IMG/VR virus record: IMGVR_UViG_3300045988_064045
Span: 1 to 48,261 of that record
Direction: 5' to 3' (one strand)
Length of the DNA stretch: 48,261 bases
DNA from: a virus
Position 1 is the stretch's first letter, and every line of letters begins with the position of its first letter. The notes under the pieces are model-generated. The model worked only from the letters and a program-made list of their open reading frames with translations. It was not told where the DNA came from and searched no databases. Made by a program: the position numbers and the translations under genes. Positions 17,003 through 26,556 of the stretch are shown here, in pieces.

Positions 17003-17030
17003 GAGGCAACCAGAAGGCGTCTAAGGCCCC
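17003..17030 (-). terminator. conserved GC-rich stem-loop element (family GAGGCMACCAGAnG..TCTAAGGCCCC) downstream of dnaE
   Basis: gaggcaaccagaaggcgtctaaggcccc is near-identical to the 6934-6961 copy and similar to 13811-13842. On the minus strand it is followed by a U-rich run. Confidence 0.4.
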
Positions 17031-17098
17031 TATTTGAATTGGCCTATAAAGACATATATGCGATGTGTTAGAAAGGACCAGATAAGGACTGGTAGCTT

Positions 17099-19840
17099 CT
17101 AAGACCTAGCCATGAGCGATGAATTGTATTTAGTCACACCGGATATGTAGATTGACTTGTTGAACTGGAGAGCACCTGCTTCATGAAGAGCGTCAATCAC
17201 GCGGGAGGTGACCAGACGAGACTTGCATCTATCATAGAAGTCGTCATATGAACGGAAGACTCCGTTCTTGTCTCGCTCTTCCTTGATCTGTACGCAAGCT
17301 TTCTCGCCTACGTTCTTGATCGTAGATAGACCAAGTTGGATCACCTTCTCACCTTCCATCTTCCTGAGCTTAGTCTTGGGGTCTGACCAATTGACATGAG
17401 GCAGGAAGATAATCGAACCATCTGCTACAGCAAAAGACTGGAAGCGACCCATCTCTGAGTCATCCCTCGCGTACTTTAGCTTGGAGAACCAGTACTCGTT
17501 CGGGAAGTAAGTTTTGTAGAACATTTCTTCCATGGAGATCAAACTGTAACCGACTGAATGACCCTTATTAAAAGTGTAAGTCGTCATCTTCTCGAACAGG
17601 TCTGTAGAAGCTTCTTTGTCAAAGCCGTTCTTGACTGAGCCCTCGATGAACTTCTTGAAAAGCTCGTCCCTCATCTCATTGTAGAGACGCTGTGCTGACT
17701 CAGTCATGTGCGAGCCCTTCATCATCTTCATGACCTTGTCTGCATCTTGCCAGTCCATACCAGCCAAGTTGACACATATCCTCTGGACTTGCTCCTGATA
17801 GATAATCGTACCATACGACTCTGAAGTCTCGTTGTAGTAGTACAGCTTCTCAGCTTCATCCCTGTTGTACTTGTTCATCGCGTACATCTCAGGCTGACCA
17901 GTACTAAGAGGACCAGGTCGATTCATTGCAGACGCTGCTACAACGTCATTGAACGAGTCACAGTTGATCTGAGAAAGGATGTTACGTGCCGTAGGTTTCT
18001 CGAACTGGAAGACTCCATCAGTCCTACCCTCACGGAAGTTAGTCAACATTTTCTCGTCATTTACGATCTCGGTGTAGTCTACTGTGATTCCTGTCTCCTT
18101 GCGAAGATCTCCGATTGACTCCATCGTCTTCAGACCAAGGATGTCGAACTTGATCACGTTGATAGACTCGATATCTTCTAGATCGTACGAAGTGTAGACG
18201 TCACCTTTGGAATCTACTTTCAATGCGGTGTAGTCAAGAATGTTACCACCTGTGATAGCAACACCTGCTGCATGAGTACCGATGAAACGCACTTTCTTGT
18301 AGAGCTTCGAGAAGTGTGCTAAGATGTTGTCGTACTTCTTGTTGTACTGGATGCCCTGCGGAGAACTAAGCATACCTTCTGCATCTAGAACTGCAGTCGC
18401 GCCGTCGATATACCTGTTGACAAACTTCTTGATCTCAGCAAGTGTCTTTTTGTCCATCTTCAAGTCGTACTCGCCTTTGTCGTTCAAGACTTCAACTTGA
18501 AGACCACACACTTTAGCAAGATCATTCAGAAGGTTGTCAACTTTGTAAAGACCGTAAGAACAGATTCTAGCTGCGTGTCCCTCGTACTTCTTACAAAGGT
18601 ACTCTATCACCTCATGTCGACGAGAAGTCTCGAAGTCAAGATCGACATCTGGAAAGTTCTTCTTGTCTTTGCGCAAGAACCTTCGGAAGTCAAGTCCGAA
18701 GAACAAGCTGTCAACTTCTGTGATCTTCAATGCATATGCAACTAAGCAGTTACAGACCGAGCCTCGACCTGGCCCAACCTGAATACCATGGTCCTTAGCC
18801 CAGTTCGTGTAGTCAGCTACGATCAAGAAGTAGTCCTCGAAGTGGTGATATTTAATAACTTCAAGTTCTTCTTTGCATCTCTCAATGTATTCTTTCCTGT
18901 ACTTGCCTCTATCTTTGAGACCTTTTTTGACATTAGCAAGAAGAAGCTTCCAGGAATCCGTCTTACCGTCGTCAATCTTAGGAAGGACCAGTGGAAGATC
19001 TTTCAGATAGTCATCTTCACACTTCGCCTCGATCTCGTCGAGGTTTGCATACATCTCCTTCGCGAGTCTCTTCGCGTTGCCTGGCTTCAAATCCTTGCCA
19101 TGCATCTTCACGAACCTCATGAACATCTCGTCAGGAGCTGGCATGTACCTCTCAGAGTACGTGTCGACAATGTGGTCCATGTTGTGACCAGCAATCTCAT
19201 GCATCTTGCAGTATGTCGACATGTCATCTCGTCTACCTCGGTGCGAGTCTGAAGTCAAGATCATCTTCCAGCCGTGATGCTTTGACATCTCGATCAACCC
19301 GAGATTGACTTCTTCTTGGACTCCATGATCACTGATCGGATATGGTTGTATCTCGACATACAAGTCTTCACCGAAGATCTTCTCGAGCTCGACAATGAAC
19401 TTCTCAGCTCTTTCCGGATGCCCCTTCAAGATAGCTTGTGAAGAGTAAGAAGCAATACAAGCTGTAGTACAAATCAAACCTTCATGGTACTTCTTCAACA
19501 AAGACAAGTCCCAGATCGGATTGTAGTACTTTTGCTTGTCACCTTCAAACTGGATGCGGTTCAAGTTGCCGTAGCCTTTGAGGTTCTTCGCGATCAAGAT
19601 CAGGTGGTAGCCTCGCGTCTTCTCCTTGTACTTTGGGAGGATGTATCCCTCGACACCGAGGATAGGCTTTATGCCTTCGACTTTACAAGCTTCATAAGTC
19701 TGGATGAGACCATTCGTGTTACCATGGTTAGTCGTGCAAAGAGACTTGTAACCGAGTTCCTTAGCCAAAGCTGCAAGTTCAGTTGCTTTCCCGTACCCGT
19801 CGAAAGTCGAGTACTCGTCGTGGCGATGCAGATCAAACAT
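17099..19840 (-). CDS. dnaE: DNA polymerase III alpha-type replicative polymerase (DnaE-like, PHP domain + Pol III core)
   Basis: N-terminal PHP HRHDEYSTFDG...TNHGN. Core motif GPGRGSVCNCLVAYALKITEVDSLFFGLDFRRFL. 913 aa. Confidence 0.8.
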   Translation of the reverse strand: MFDLHRHDEYSTFDGYGKATELAALAKELGYKSLCTTNHGNTNGLIQTYEACKVEGIKPILGVEGYILPKYKEKTRGYHLILIAKNLKGYGNLNRIQFEGDKQKYYNPIWDLSLLKKYHEGLICTTACIASYSSQAILKGHPERAEKFIVELEKIFGEDLYVEIQPYPISDHGVQEEVNLGLIEMSKHHGWKMILTSDSHRGRRDDMSTYCKMHEIAGHNMDHIVDTYSERYMPAPDEMFMRFVKMHGKDLKPGNAKRLAKEMYANLDEIEAKCEDDYLKDLPLVLPKIDDGKTDSWKLLLANVKKGLKDRGKYRKEYIERCKEELEVIKYHHFEDYFLIVADYTNWAKDHGIQVGPGRGSVCNCLVAYALKITEVDSLFFGLDFRRFLRKDKKNFPDVDLDFETSRRHEVIEYLCKKYEGHAARICSYGLYKVDNLLNDLAKVCGLQVEVLNDKGEYDLKMDKKTLAEIKKFVNRYIDGATAVLDAEGMLSSPQGIQYNKKYDNILAHFSKLYKKVRFIGTHAAGVAITGGNILDYTALKVDSKGDVYTSYDLEDIESINVIKFDILGLKTMESIGDLRKETGITVDYTEIVNDEKMLTNFREGRTDGVFQFEKPTARNILSQINCDSFNDVVAASAMNRPGPLSTGQPEMYAMNKYNRDEAEKLYYYNETSESYGTIIYQEQVQRICVNLAGMDWQDADKVMKMMKGSHMTESAQRLYNEMRDELFKKFIEGSVKNGFDKEASTDLFEKMTTYTFNKGHSVGYSLISMEEMFYKTYFPNEYWFSKLKYARDDSEMGRFQSFAVADGSIIFLPHVNWSDPKTKLRKMEGEKVIQLGLSTIKNVGEKACVQIKEERDKNGVFRSYDDFYDRCKSRLVTSRVIDALHEAGALQFNKSIYISGVTKYNSSLMARS

Positions 19841-20544
19841 TACTCAGCCTCTTCTTCACGCTTCTTACCGAGCTCATAGTCGCGACGGTAGAGATGGAGT
19901 GAACCTGCGATATGCGTGTAAGTACCAAGGTCAACTCCGAGTTCCATTGCCATCAACATCTGCATGAACGTGAACTGGAACACATCAAACGGGAAGCCCA
20001 TCCAAAGATCATTAGACCTCATGTATGTCGTCATGTATAGCTTGCAATCACGGATGAAGAACTGAAGTGACACAGTACAGTTGACGTCCTTAGAAGGCGT
20101 GTCCCTTGGCTCCTTGATGTGGATCACTGCTTGACGAGAATCAGGATGCTTCCTGAGCAAGTCAACGACATAGTCCCACTGGTCAAAGCCGTACTTCTCC
20201 TTGATGCAATAGCCATAGTTGGAGTTCACGTTCTTACCGTCGTCCGAGAACCTCTCCCATGCTTTCGTGATCAAACCGATTGAATGGAGATCCCTCTTGC
20301 CACTGAGATACCAAGCGAGTTCACCGACCGTGTACCTGACCGACATCTTCCTGATGGGATTACTCATGAAGTTGCGAGTCGGATCATTTATGATGGTGAT
20401 TGCATTCAAGAACTCGCCGACAACTTCTCCGTCTCGAGAATCTAGCTGCTCTTCTTCAGCACCAGTAGAAAGAAGATCCCACCAGAACTTGAAAGCCTCG
20501 TCTGCCGTCTGTGCTCTGCAGATAATTCCAAGTTGATTGAACAT
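19840..20544 (-). CDS. ThyA-family pyrimidine C5-hydroxymethylase/methylase; Asp at the Asn177-equivalent position suggests dCMP hydroxymethylase
   Basis: Aligns to the E. coli ThyA C-terminal half. Nucleophile Cys present in NCTVSLQFF (PCH region), then RSNDLWMGFPFDVFQF...GTYTHIAGSLHLY. PFD replaces ThyA PFN. Only 234 aa, the size of phage dCMP hydroxymethylases rather than ThyA. A separate ThyX is present. Confidence 0.6.
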   Translation of the reverse strand: MFNQLGIICRAQTADEAFKFWWDLLSTGAEEEQLDSRDGEVVGEFLNAITIINDPTRNFMSNPIRKMSVRYTVGELAWYLSGKRDLHSIGLITKAWERFSDDGKNVNSNYGYCIKEKYGFDQWDYVVDLLRKHPDSRQAVIHIKEPRDTPSKDVNCTVSLQFFIRDCKLYMTTYMRSNDLWMGFPFDVFQFTFMQMLMAMELGVDLGTYTHIAGSLHLYRRDYELGKKREEEAE

Positions 20545-21743
20545 TACATTGACCTCTTCTGATACTCGAGCTCGTAGATGAACTTATGATAGTCATGCAT
20601 CCTGCCAAGACGAAGGCGAAGATATTTAATAACCTTCTCGCGAAGTTCAAGATTGTTGAACACGAAACACTTGCCAACGACGTCGGCTTTGTTCCTCACA
20701 GTCAACAGTGAAGCATACTTGCCAGCATAGTTCTTGATGAGGTCTTCGCCATAGTCTGCAATGAACAACGGGACGCACGAGTAAGTAACTGCTTCAAGTA
20801 CTCTTGCTGTCATGAACTTGTACTTACAGTAACTTGCTTTCGCGAACAAGATAGTAGTCTCAGCCTTCGAGTAAGTCTTGAACATGTCTGCCGTCTGAAG
20901 CCTTGGACCAAAGTTGATGTTTGGCCACGTCTCAGCAGAATCACGTCCGCCTTCAAGCCAGTTTCCATATACCTTCGTGTCGGCAAGTCCGTCTGGCCAA
21001 TACTGGTCTATGCACCAGTCCCTCTCGTAACGGTTGCCGACATAGACGAGAGAGTCTTCAATCCAGTTTTCGTCAGAGATGACTGGAAGTTCTTCAATAG
21101 CTTCTTTACTGAAGGGAATTGCCACTTTGACAGACTTGATGTCTTCGATAGCTTTCCACCTGTCTCCAAGTTCTACTACACAGAAGTTGAGACCAAGTTC
21201 TTTCAGTCTCTTTGCTTCAGAGTAAGAAAGCTTGTAGTCAAGATCGAAGATGAAAAGCGGCACGTTGTTATAGAGGCAATACAAGATGATGCAGTACTGA
21301 ATGTATACATCTGGTTGCCAAGAAGCACCTAGGCGATCTTTGGAGTCATAGTCATTCCTACCCTTAATATCCATCCTCCATTCATGCAGAATGAATTCTG
21401 GGGCCTCTTGTAGCTTCTCGTCAAACTTTCTGGTAATGTCGTTCATAGACATTTTACTTACATCATCAATGTAGTCAACCTTCGAAGTCCTGAGGTAAGC
21501 TTTCTCGCGATCACTTCCGGCGAAAGCTTTGAAGTCTTCACTACCGAGAGACTCATAAGCCGGCTTGTCACGGTCTGGCATAAGTTGGACGACATCATAT
21601 CCGGCTTCCTGAAGACCATTGATGATAGCCCACGAATAGAAAGCGTTCCCGTCTGGCGTGCTCACAAGATTCTTCTTGTTGTCCATCTTGTAGTCCCCTA
21701 GGAAGCCCCAAAAACTGTAACCTACTTTTGGCATTCTTACCAC
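20544..21743 (-). CDS. GT-B-like glycosyltransferase, putative hydroxymethyl-base DNA glycosyltransferase (paralog 1, 399 aa)
   Basis: Motif-level resemblance to T4 beta-glucosyltransferase (YVGNRYERD; MTARVLEAVTYSCVPLFIAD versus ITLRVWETMASDAVMLID, recalled from memory). Paralogous to the next gene. Sits adjacent to the hydroxymethylase. Confidence 0.35.
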   Translation of the reverse strand: MVRMPKVGYSFWGFLGDYKMDNKKNLVSTPDGNAFYSWAIINGLQEAGYDVVQLMPDRDKPAYESLGSEDFKAFAGSDREKAYLRTSKVDYIDDVSKMSMNDITRKFDEKLQEAPEFILHEWRMDIKGRNDYDSKDRLGASWQPDVYIQYCIILYCLYNNVPLFIFDLDYKLSYSEAKRLKELGLNFCVVELGDRWKAIEDIKSVKVAIPFSKEAIEELPVISDENWIEDSLVYVGNRYERDWCIDQYWPDGLADTKVYGNWLEGGRDSAETWPNINFGPRLQTADMFKTYSKAETTILFAKASYCKYKFMTARVLEAVTYSCVPLFIADYGEDLIKNYAGKYASLLTVRNKADVVGKCFVFNNLELREKVIKYLRLRLGRMHDYHKFIYELEYQKRSM

Positions 21744-22825
21744 TCCTTCTTGTTCCAGTATGATCTCACACTGCCAATATCTGTGAGCTTCTGCATTGAC
21801 TCAGATTCTTTGATAGCCTTAAGGACTTCTGAACTCTTTGAGCAAAAGTCTTTGTCCTTAAGCTTACTTTCTATCTCGTAGAATCCGTCTACCAGAAGCT
21901 CTGATTTGATTATATCATAGATATCTGGGAAAGACTTCTCAATTTCAGACAAATTACAAGACCTGAAGACATACGGTAGACAATTGCACCATACTGCTTC
22001 ACAGAATCTCTGCCAACTAAAAGTAGCAGGATTGTACGAGGGGATCACTGCTGTAGCTTTTGACGATGCCAACAAGGCGAAGTAGTCATCCTGCTTTACG
22101 AAAGCTTTCTTGCCCTTGCCCTTCCTGTTAGTATCACACAGGTTGATGTCAAGTGAGCAATTGCTCTCCAAGTCGTCTTTAATGCTTCTCAACCAGTCTC
22201 GACCATTGCCAGAAAGAGAGCAATAGAAAACAAAGTCTTTGTATTTCTCGACTTCATAGAACTTTGACATCTGCTTCCACCTGTAGTTCCAATACGGAGC
22301 TAAGTCATAGTCATCACCATCGACAAAGTAAAGTCGACTGAAGTTTTTAAAATGGAAGATCTGCTCAAGCCTTGCTTCATCCGGATCAATCACGTAGTGG
22401 TACACATGATCACAGATACTAGAAGCTACATCAACTAACGTCAGAAAGAAGTAGAAGTTCTTCATTGATACGTAATTGAAAGCGTATTGGTCGTTCTCCT
22501 TGTCGAAGAATTTGCCACCGACACTGCAGTCATTGTAGTTGAAGTTAGAATAGATAGGAAGTTTCATCAACAACAATGTTGAGATGTCTTCTTTCTCCAA
22601 GATGTCTTTAGCTTGTTTCCTAGCATCCTTCCAGCCTGTGATATCATCTGGAGTAAACTTGACTGAGCGGAAGCAACAACTTCTAGCAAGCTTGTCAGAC
22701 TTATACTTGTCAATCAAAACGAAGTCTTCATTTGGAAGAAAGTCAGTCAAAGACTCAACTAAGAACTTGACTACATTGTCATTGCTAGTAGCCATGTTGC
22801 CTGCAAGAAAGACACCTACTGACAT
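21737..22825 (-). CDS. GT-B-like glycosyltransferase paralog 2 (362 aa)
   Basis: Shares GNGRDW and R..EAV...C.P blocks with the 399-aa neighbour. Confidence 0.3.
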   Translation of the reverse strand: MSVGVFLAGNMATSNDNVVKFLVESLTDFLPNEDFVLIDKYKSDKLARSCCFRSVKFTPDDITGWKDARKQAKDILEKEDISTLLLMKLPIYSNFNYNDCSVGGKFFDKENDQYAFNYVSMKNFYFFLTLVDVASSICDHVYHYVIDPDEARLEQIFHFKNFSRLYFVDGDDYDLAPYWNYRWKQMSKFYEVEKYKDFVFYCSLSGNGRDWLRSIKDDLESNCSLDINLCDTNRKGKGKKAFVKQDDYFALLASSKATAVIPSYNPATFSWQRFCEAVWCNCLPYVFRSCNLSEIEKSFPDIYDIIKSELLVDGFYEIESKLKDKDFCSKSSEVLKAIKESESMQKLTDIGSVRSYWNKKEW

Positions 22826-23376
22826 TTGTTCGCGTCCTCCAGCCTAGGCTCCATAACCATGTTCTCATTCAATGAATAGAACTTCCTAGCAGCTTCTTCA
22901 ACTTCACGATCGATGTCATCAAACTCGATCCTAGTAGAAGCAATAGGAGACATAAGGAATGCAGCGTCCATTGTCTTGTAGTGCAAAGACAAGTCACGAC
23001 CATCCATAGCAGAAGCGCGTGCCGGTCCTTTCCTGTCGAACATGTAGTACATAAAGACGTGCTGACGCATATTTAATAAACGATCTTCAATCTTTCCGAG
23101 ATTAGCAAGTGCATCTTTGTAGATGTAGTTCCTGTCGATAAGACCATACGTGAAGTCAGTCAGGTGGAACCGGTCAAAGATCATTGGGGAGTTAGTCAAG
23201 TCAAGAATGTTCAGCATCTTCAACATCTTGTCAGTCTCGTTCGGACTGTCCATCCAATTGCCAAGGTCTACTGTCGTAGCATCATCATGATAGACTGGAA
23301 CCCCAATCCATTCAGAAAGCTTGTTAGCAAATGTAGACTTGCCCATCCTGTCAATGCCTTCAACTATGTAGATCAT
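22816..23376 (-). CDS. P-loop deoxynucleoside-monophosphate kinase (thymidylate-kinase-like)
   Basis: IYIVEGIDRMGKST matches the Tmk P-loop (FEGIDGSGKST). The likely start is the internal MIYIV. Confidence 0.55.
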   Translation of the reverse strand: MIYIVEGIDRMGKSTFANKLSEWIGVPVYHDDATTVDLGNWMDSPNETDKMLKMLNILDLTNSPMIFDRFHLTDFTYGLIDRNYIYKDALANLGKIEDRLLNMRQHVFMYYMFDRKGPARASAMDGRDLSLHYKTMDAAFLMSPIASTRIEFDDIDREVEEAARKFYSLNENMVMEPRLEDANKCQ

Positions 23377-23433
23377 CTGATCTCCATTTCTATAAAGACA
23401 AAGGGAAGCCTTTCGGCTTCCCCTCATCATTGA

Positions 23434-23802
23434 TTACTTGCAAGTAGATTCGATCCTGTCAGAGACAACCTTGAGCTTTTTCTCAATTGCCTCTGCCATG
23501 TCTGACGAATCAAACCCAGAATACAAGCACATATTCATCCAGACGATGAAGCAATCTGCTAGTTCGTCCTTCTTGTTAGCTGAGTCACACTTCTCGTTCC
23601 TGAAGTTTTTCCAACGCTTGTCAGCTTCAAGCACTTCACCGATCTCAGAGACAAGCTGTTGCACATGATAACTGCAAAGTTTAGGATCATCTACCGGAAG
23701 CACAGAGTCTTTGTCGATGCTTGAAAAGTCATCATACATACCACTAGAAAGAAGCTTCTCCTGATTAGAAGCTTGCTGACCAAACATAGATTCGAACGTC
23801 AT
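23434..23802 (-). CDS. all-alpha NTP pyrophosphohydrolase (MazG/dimeric-dUTPase/dCTPase-like)
   Basis: LVSEIGEVLEADKRW...EKCDSANKKDELADCFIVWMNM fits the E-x-x-E ... E-x-x-D metal-binding pattern of MazG-like enzymes. Confidence 0.45.
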   Translation of the reverse strand: MTFESMFGQQASNQEKLLSSGMYDDFSSIDKDSVLPVDDPKLCSYHVQQLVSEIGEVLEADKRWKNFRNEKCDSANKKDELADCFIVWMNMCLYSGFDSSDMAEAIEKKLKVVSDRIESTCK

Positions 23803-23827
23803 CTGACTACTCCTTGAATTCTAAAGT

Positions 23828-24634
23828 TTACTCGTCCCAGTCATCAGAATCGGGATCTCCGCCCTCTTCATCATCCCAGTCGTCTTCATCGCCCCAGTCA
23901 TCATTTGCCTTGTCATCCTCAAGAAGAAGATTGATGTAGAACGCTGCAGGTTTTTTAATAACTGCTTCGATGCCTCGTTCCTTACAGAGCTTGTAAAGCT
24001 CCTTTGCGGACTTGCCATCATACTCAGAAGAGTCCATGAGCTCGTCGTCATCATTGACTACGCGATTGAACTCATCGAGCTTCTCGTTCGTGTTGCCCAT
24101 GTACTTGTCAGTGTCAGGATAAGCTTCACGGAGGATCTTAAGGACGGCCTGCTTGGAGTAGGGCTTTGCCTTCGTGTTCTTGAACTTCTGCTTGTCCATA
24201 GGCATCACAGTGAAGGTCTTGTCAATACCCTTGCCGACCTGGGTGATGATGATGTCACGATCACAGAGAGTACCATAGTTCTCATAGATCGCAGCAAGTT
24301 GAGCAAGAGGAGAACAACGAGTCACTGCGAACATGAACAGAAGGACTTTGTTCTCGTCGTAGTCATACACAGACCAACAATAGTGAGTCTTAGAACGGAA
24401 GCCAGAATCAGGATCCTCTGCCTGCTCACAAAGTTCACAAGTCTTACCATAATGCTCGGAGCACACTGCCGTGATCCGCTTTTCCCAGTTGGAGTGGATG
24501 TTGATCTCCAGACCATCCTCCATGTCATTGAGGAAGCGGAGACGCTTCTTCGTACCATCACGGAAGTATACCAACTTCTGCTTGTTGGAGCCGGTCCTCT
24601 GAATGTCGCTCTTGATGCTGTCGAGAAGTCCCAT
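23828..24634 (-). CDS. hypothetical replication-associated protein with Cys cluster, C-terminal HeH/SAP-like module and long DDW acidic tail
   Basis: CSEHYGKTCELC cluster. C-terminus YDGKSAKELYKLCKERGIEAVIKKPAAFYINLLLEDD...DDWGDEDDWDDEEGGDPDSDDWDE. Confidence 0.4.
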   Translation of the reverse strand: MGLLDSIKSDIQRTGSNKQKLVYFRDGTKKRLRFLNDMEDGLEINIHSNWEKRITAVCSEHYGKTCELCEQAEDPDSGFRSKTHYCWSVYDYDENKVLLFMFAVTRCSPLAQLAAIYENYGTLCDRDIIITQVGKGIDKTFTVMPMDKQKFKNTKAKPYSKQAVLKILREAYPDTDKYMGNTNEKLDEFNRVVNDDDELMDSSEYDGKSAKELYKLCKERGIEAVIKKPAAFYINLLLEDDKANDDWGDEDDWDDEEGGDPDSDDWDE

Positions 24635-25632
24635 TACTTCACCTTTCTACTTTGACGATAATCACGCATCGTCCTTTTCCACATCCTGTCGAAAGTCTCC
24701 TGTGTCATGTCTCCTGGATCTTTGATACCCTTCAAGTACCTCATCCTAGTGACATTGAAGTCTTTTCTAAGACACTCCGTCCCCTTCCTTCCACACTCAT
24801 CATTGTCTAATGCGGAGACTAGATTCATTATACCACAGTCAAACAACTTTTGCTTCTGGTTTTCTGACATTTTCCATCCGAACAAAGCAACTACGTTCTT
24901 GACTCCAAACTGAAGAAACTTCAATCTGTCCATGAACCCTTCGACAACAACTACGTAGTCATCTCGTTCGTCTCCGAATCTCCCATAGTCGCCTACTAAG
25001 CAGTTAGACCTTCTGAAGCCTTTGTTGTAAAGATACTTCCTGTATGAAGCAGTTTCAGGATCATCTGTCCTGGACACCCAACCTTTGAACTTGCCATTGT
25101 CAAGTATCGGGAAGATCAACTGGTACGGGTCTCTGTAAGTCACCTTTGCTTTGACTTCCGCCAAAGTCTCGGGACCAAACCCTCTATCCTTCATATAAGA
25201 AGCTATCCTGATCTCCTCAGGTGTCTCAGGTGACATCCAGTCGACTTTACGGAGACCATGGTATAGATCATAGGCCTGAACATAAAGTTGCCTCTGAGAG
25301 GATCTGGTAGCCTCTGGGCACTGCTTAGAATATGATGGAAGCTCAGACTTCACTGTGCCATTGACTATCTTCTGGAACAGTACTAGCTCTTCAAGTGAGT
25401 TGAGGTTCCTCTTCATTCCCTCCATCTTCTTCATGAAGGTGAAAGCATCACCTCGAGCACCGCACCCGAAACAATAGAACTCACCAGACTCATAGTCAAC
25501 TTTCATTGACGGGTTCCTGTCAGGATGGAACGGACAGACTATCTTGTCTTGTCTAGAATAGATCCTATCTGCCAACCCGTAATGAAGTATCACTGCTGCG
25601 AGCTGATCGCCTTTTGACTTACTCGGTTCCAT
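24634..25632 (-). CDS. dnaG: DNA primase (DnaG-type: CHC2 zinc finger + Toprim)
   Basis: CPFHPDRNPSMKV...CFGCGARGD (CHC2). Toprim region VVVVEGFMD...LDNDECGRKG. Confidence 0.75.
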   Translation of the reverse strand: MEPSKSKGDQLAAVILHYGLADRIYSRQDKIVCPFHPDRNPSMKVDYESGEFYCFGCGARGDAFTFMKKMEGMKRNLNSLEELVLFQKIVNGTVKSELPSYSKQCPEATRSSQRQLYVQAYDLYHGLRKVDWMSPETPEEIRIASYMKDRGFGPETLAEVKAKVTYRDPYQLIFPILDNGKFKGWVSRTDDPETASYRKYLYNKGFRRSNCLVGDYGRFGDERDDYVVVVEGFMDRLKFLQFGVKNVVALFGWKMSENQKQKLFDCGIMNLVSALDNDECGRKGTECLRKDFNVTRMRYLKGIKDPGDMTQETFDRMWKRTMRDYRQSRKVK

Positions 25633-26161
25633 CTTCGGCTCGCTTAACAGTCACCCTGAACTGTGGCTTACCGACTGTCACTTCGTAGGTGCCAGCAAGA
25701 TCCTCTTTTTTAATAACACCAGTTTCAACCAGTTGGTCTATAGCATCCTTTGATACTTCTTTCTGGACATTGATGAGCGGAAGCACATCGGAGAACTTCA
25801 CACCATGTGCTTTCAACAACTTGGAGAAACCGTCCCAGTCAAGGATTGTCACGATCTTAGTTATGACTTCAGACTCATCTACAAAGTCTGGAAGAATCTC
25901 CTTCACCTTCTCGGGATAGAAAGTCACCTTGGTCTTGAAGAACCTTGTAGCCGAGAACACATTCCCGCTATCATCGTCGAACCAGAAGTTGTCTTCGCAA
26001 TCACTGTTCGCATCAAGGAAGTTTCCCATCTGCTTGTAGAAGTTAGCTTTTGCCTGCTCGAACTTCTTGTCTACTTTGTCCTTCTTTGCTTTGAGTTCCG
26101 AGAAAGTCTTGACTGCTTCCTCGGCTTCTTTCTCGCTAAGCGTCTGCTCTACTACTTTCAT
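25619..26161 (-). CDS. hypothetical protein (180 aa)
   Basis: ORF in the gene chain. Confidence 0.35.
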   Translation of the reverse strand: MKVVEQTLSEKEAEEAVKTFSELKAKKDKVDKKFEQAKANFYKQMGNFLDANSDCEDNFWFDDDSGNVFSATRFFKTKVTFYPEKVKEILPDFVDESEVITKIVTILDWDGFSKLLKAHGVKFSDVLPLINVQKEVSKDAIDQLVETGVIKKEDLAGTYEVTVGKPQFRVTVKRAEDGTE

Positions 26162-26534
26162 GATACTTTCCCTTCAACAGGTTGTATACCCACTTCGGCC
26201 AATGACCGTTGGTGTTGACCCAGATGATGTCATCAAAGTCAACTGTGAACTTCATACCATACTTCGTCTCAAGACATGCCTTCTTAGAAACATTATCTTT
26301 GGAGACGATCTTGGCTGACTTCACATTGTAGGCTTTAGTCCTGAACGCTACTAGATCACCTACATTTGCTTCGTCCACATACTCACTGCAGTTCAGGTAG
26401 TCATTCTCCGGAAAAGTAGCAAGTGCTTTCATAAGCTCCTTGTCGTCCTTCTCTTCACATCCGACCACCCCTCGCTTCTCTGCTGTAGAAAGAAGCTCTT
26501 CGTGGGACAAAGACTCAAGATAATCAATCCTCAC
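26136..26534 (-). CDS. hypothetical protein (GTG start)
   Basis: AAGGAGGTGA RBS, then GTG. Directly downstream of promoter g. Confidence 0.35.
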   Translation of the reverse strand: MRIDYLESLSHEELLSTAEKRGVVGCEEKDDKELMKALATFPENDYLNCSEYVDEANVGDLVAFRTKAYNVKSAKIVSKDNVSKKACLETKYGMKFTVDFDDIIWVNTNGHWPKWVYNLLKGKYHESSRADA

Positions 26535-26556
26535 AGATTGTCACCTCCTTCAAACT

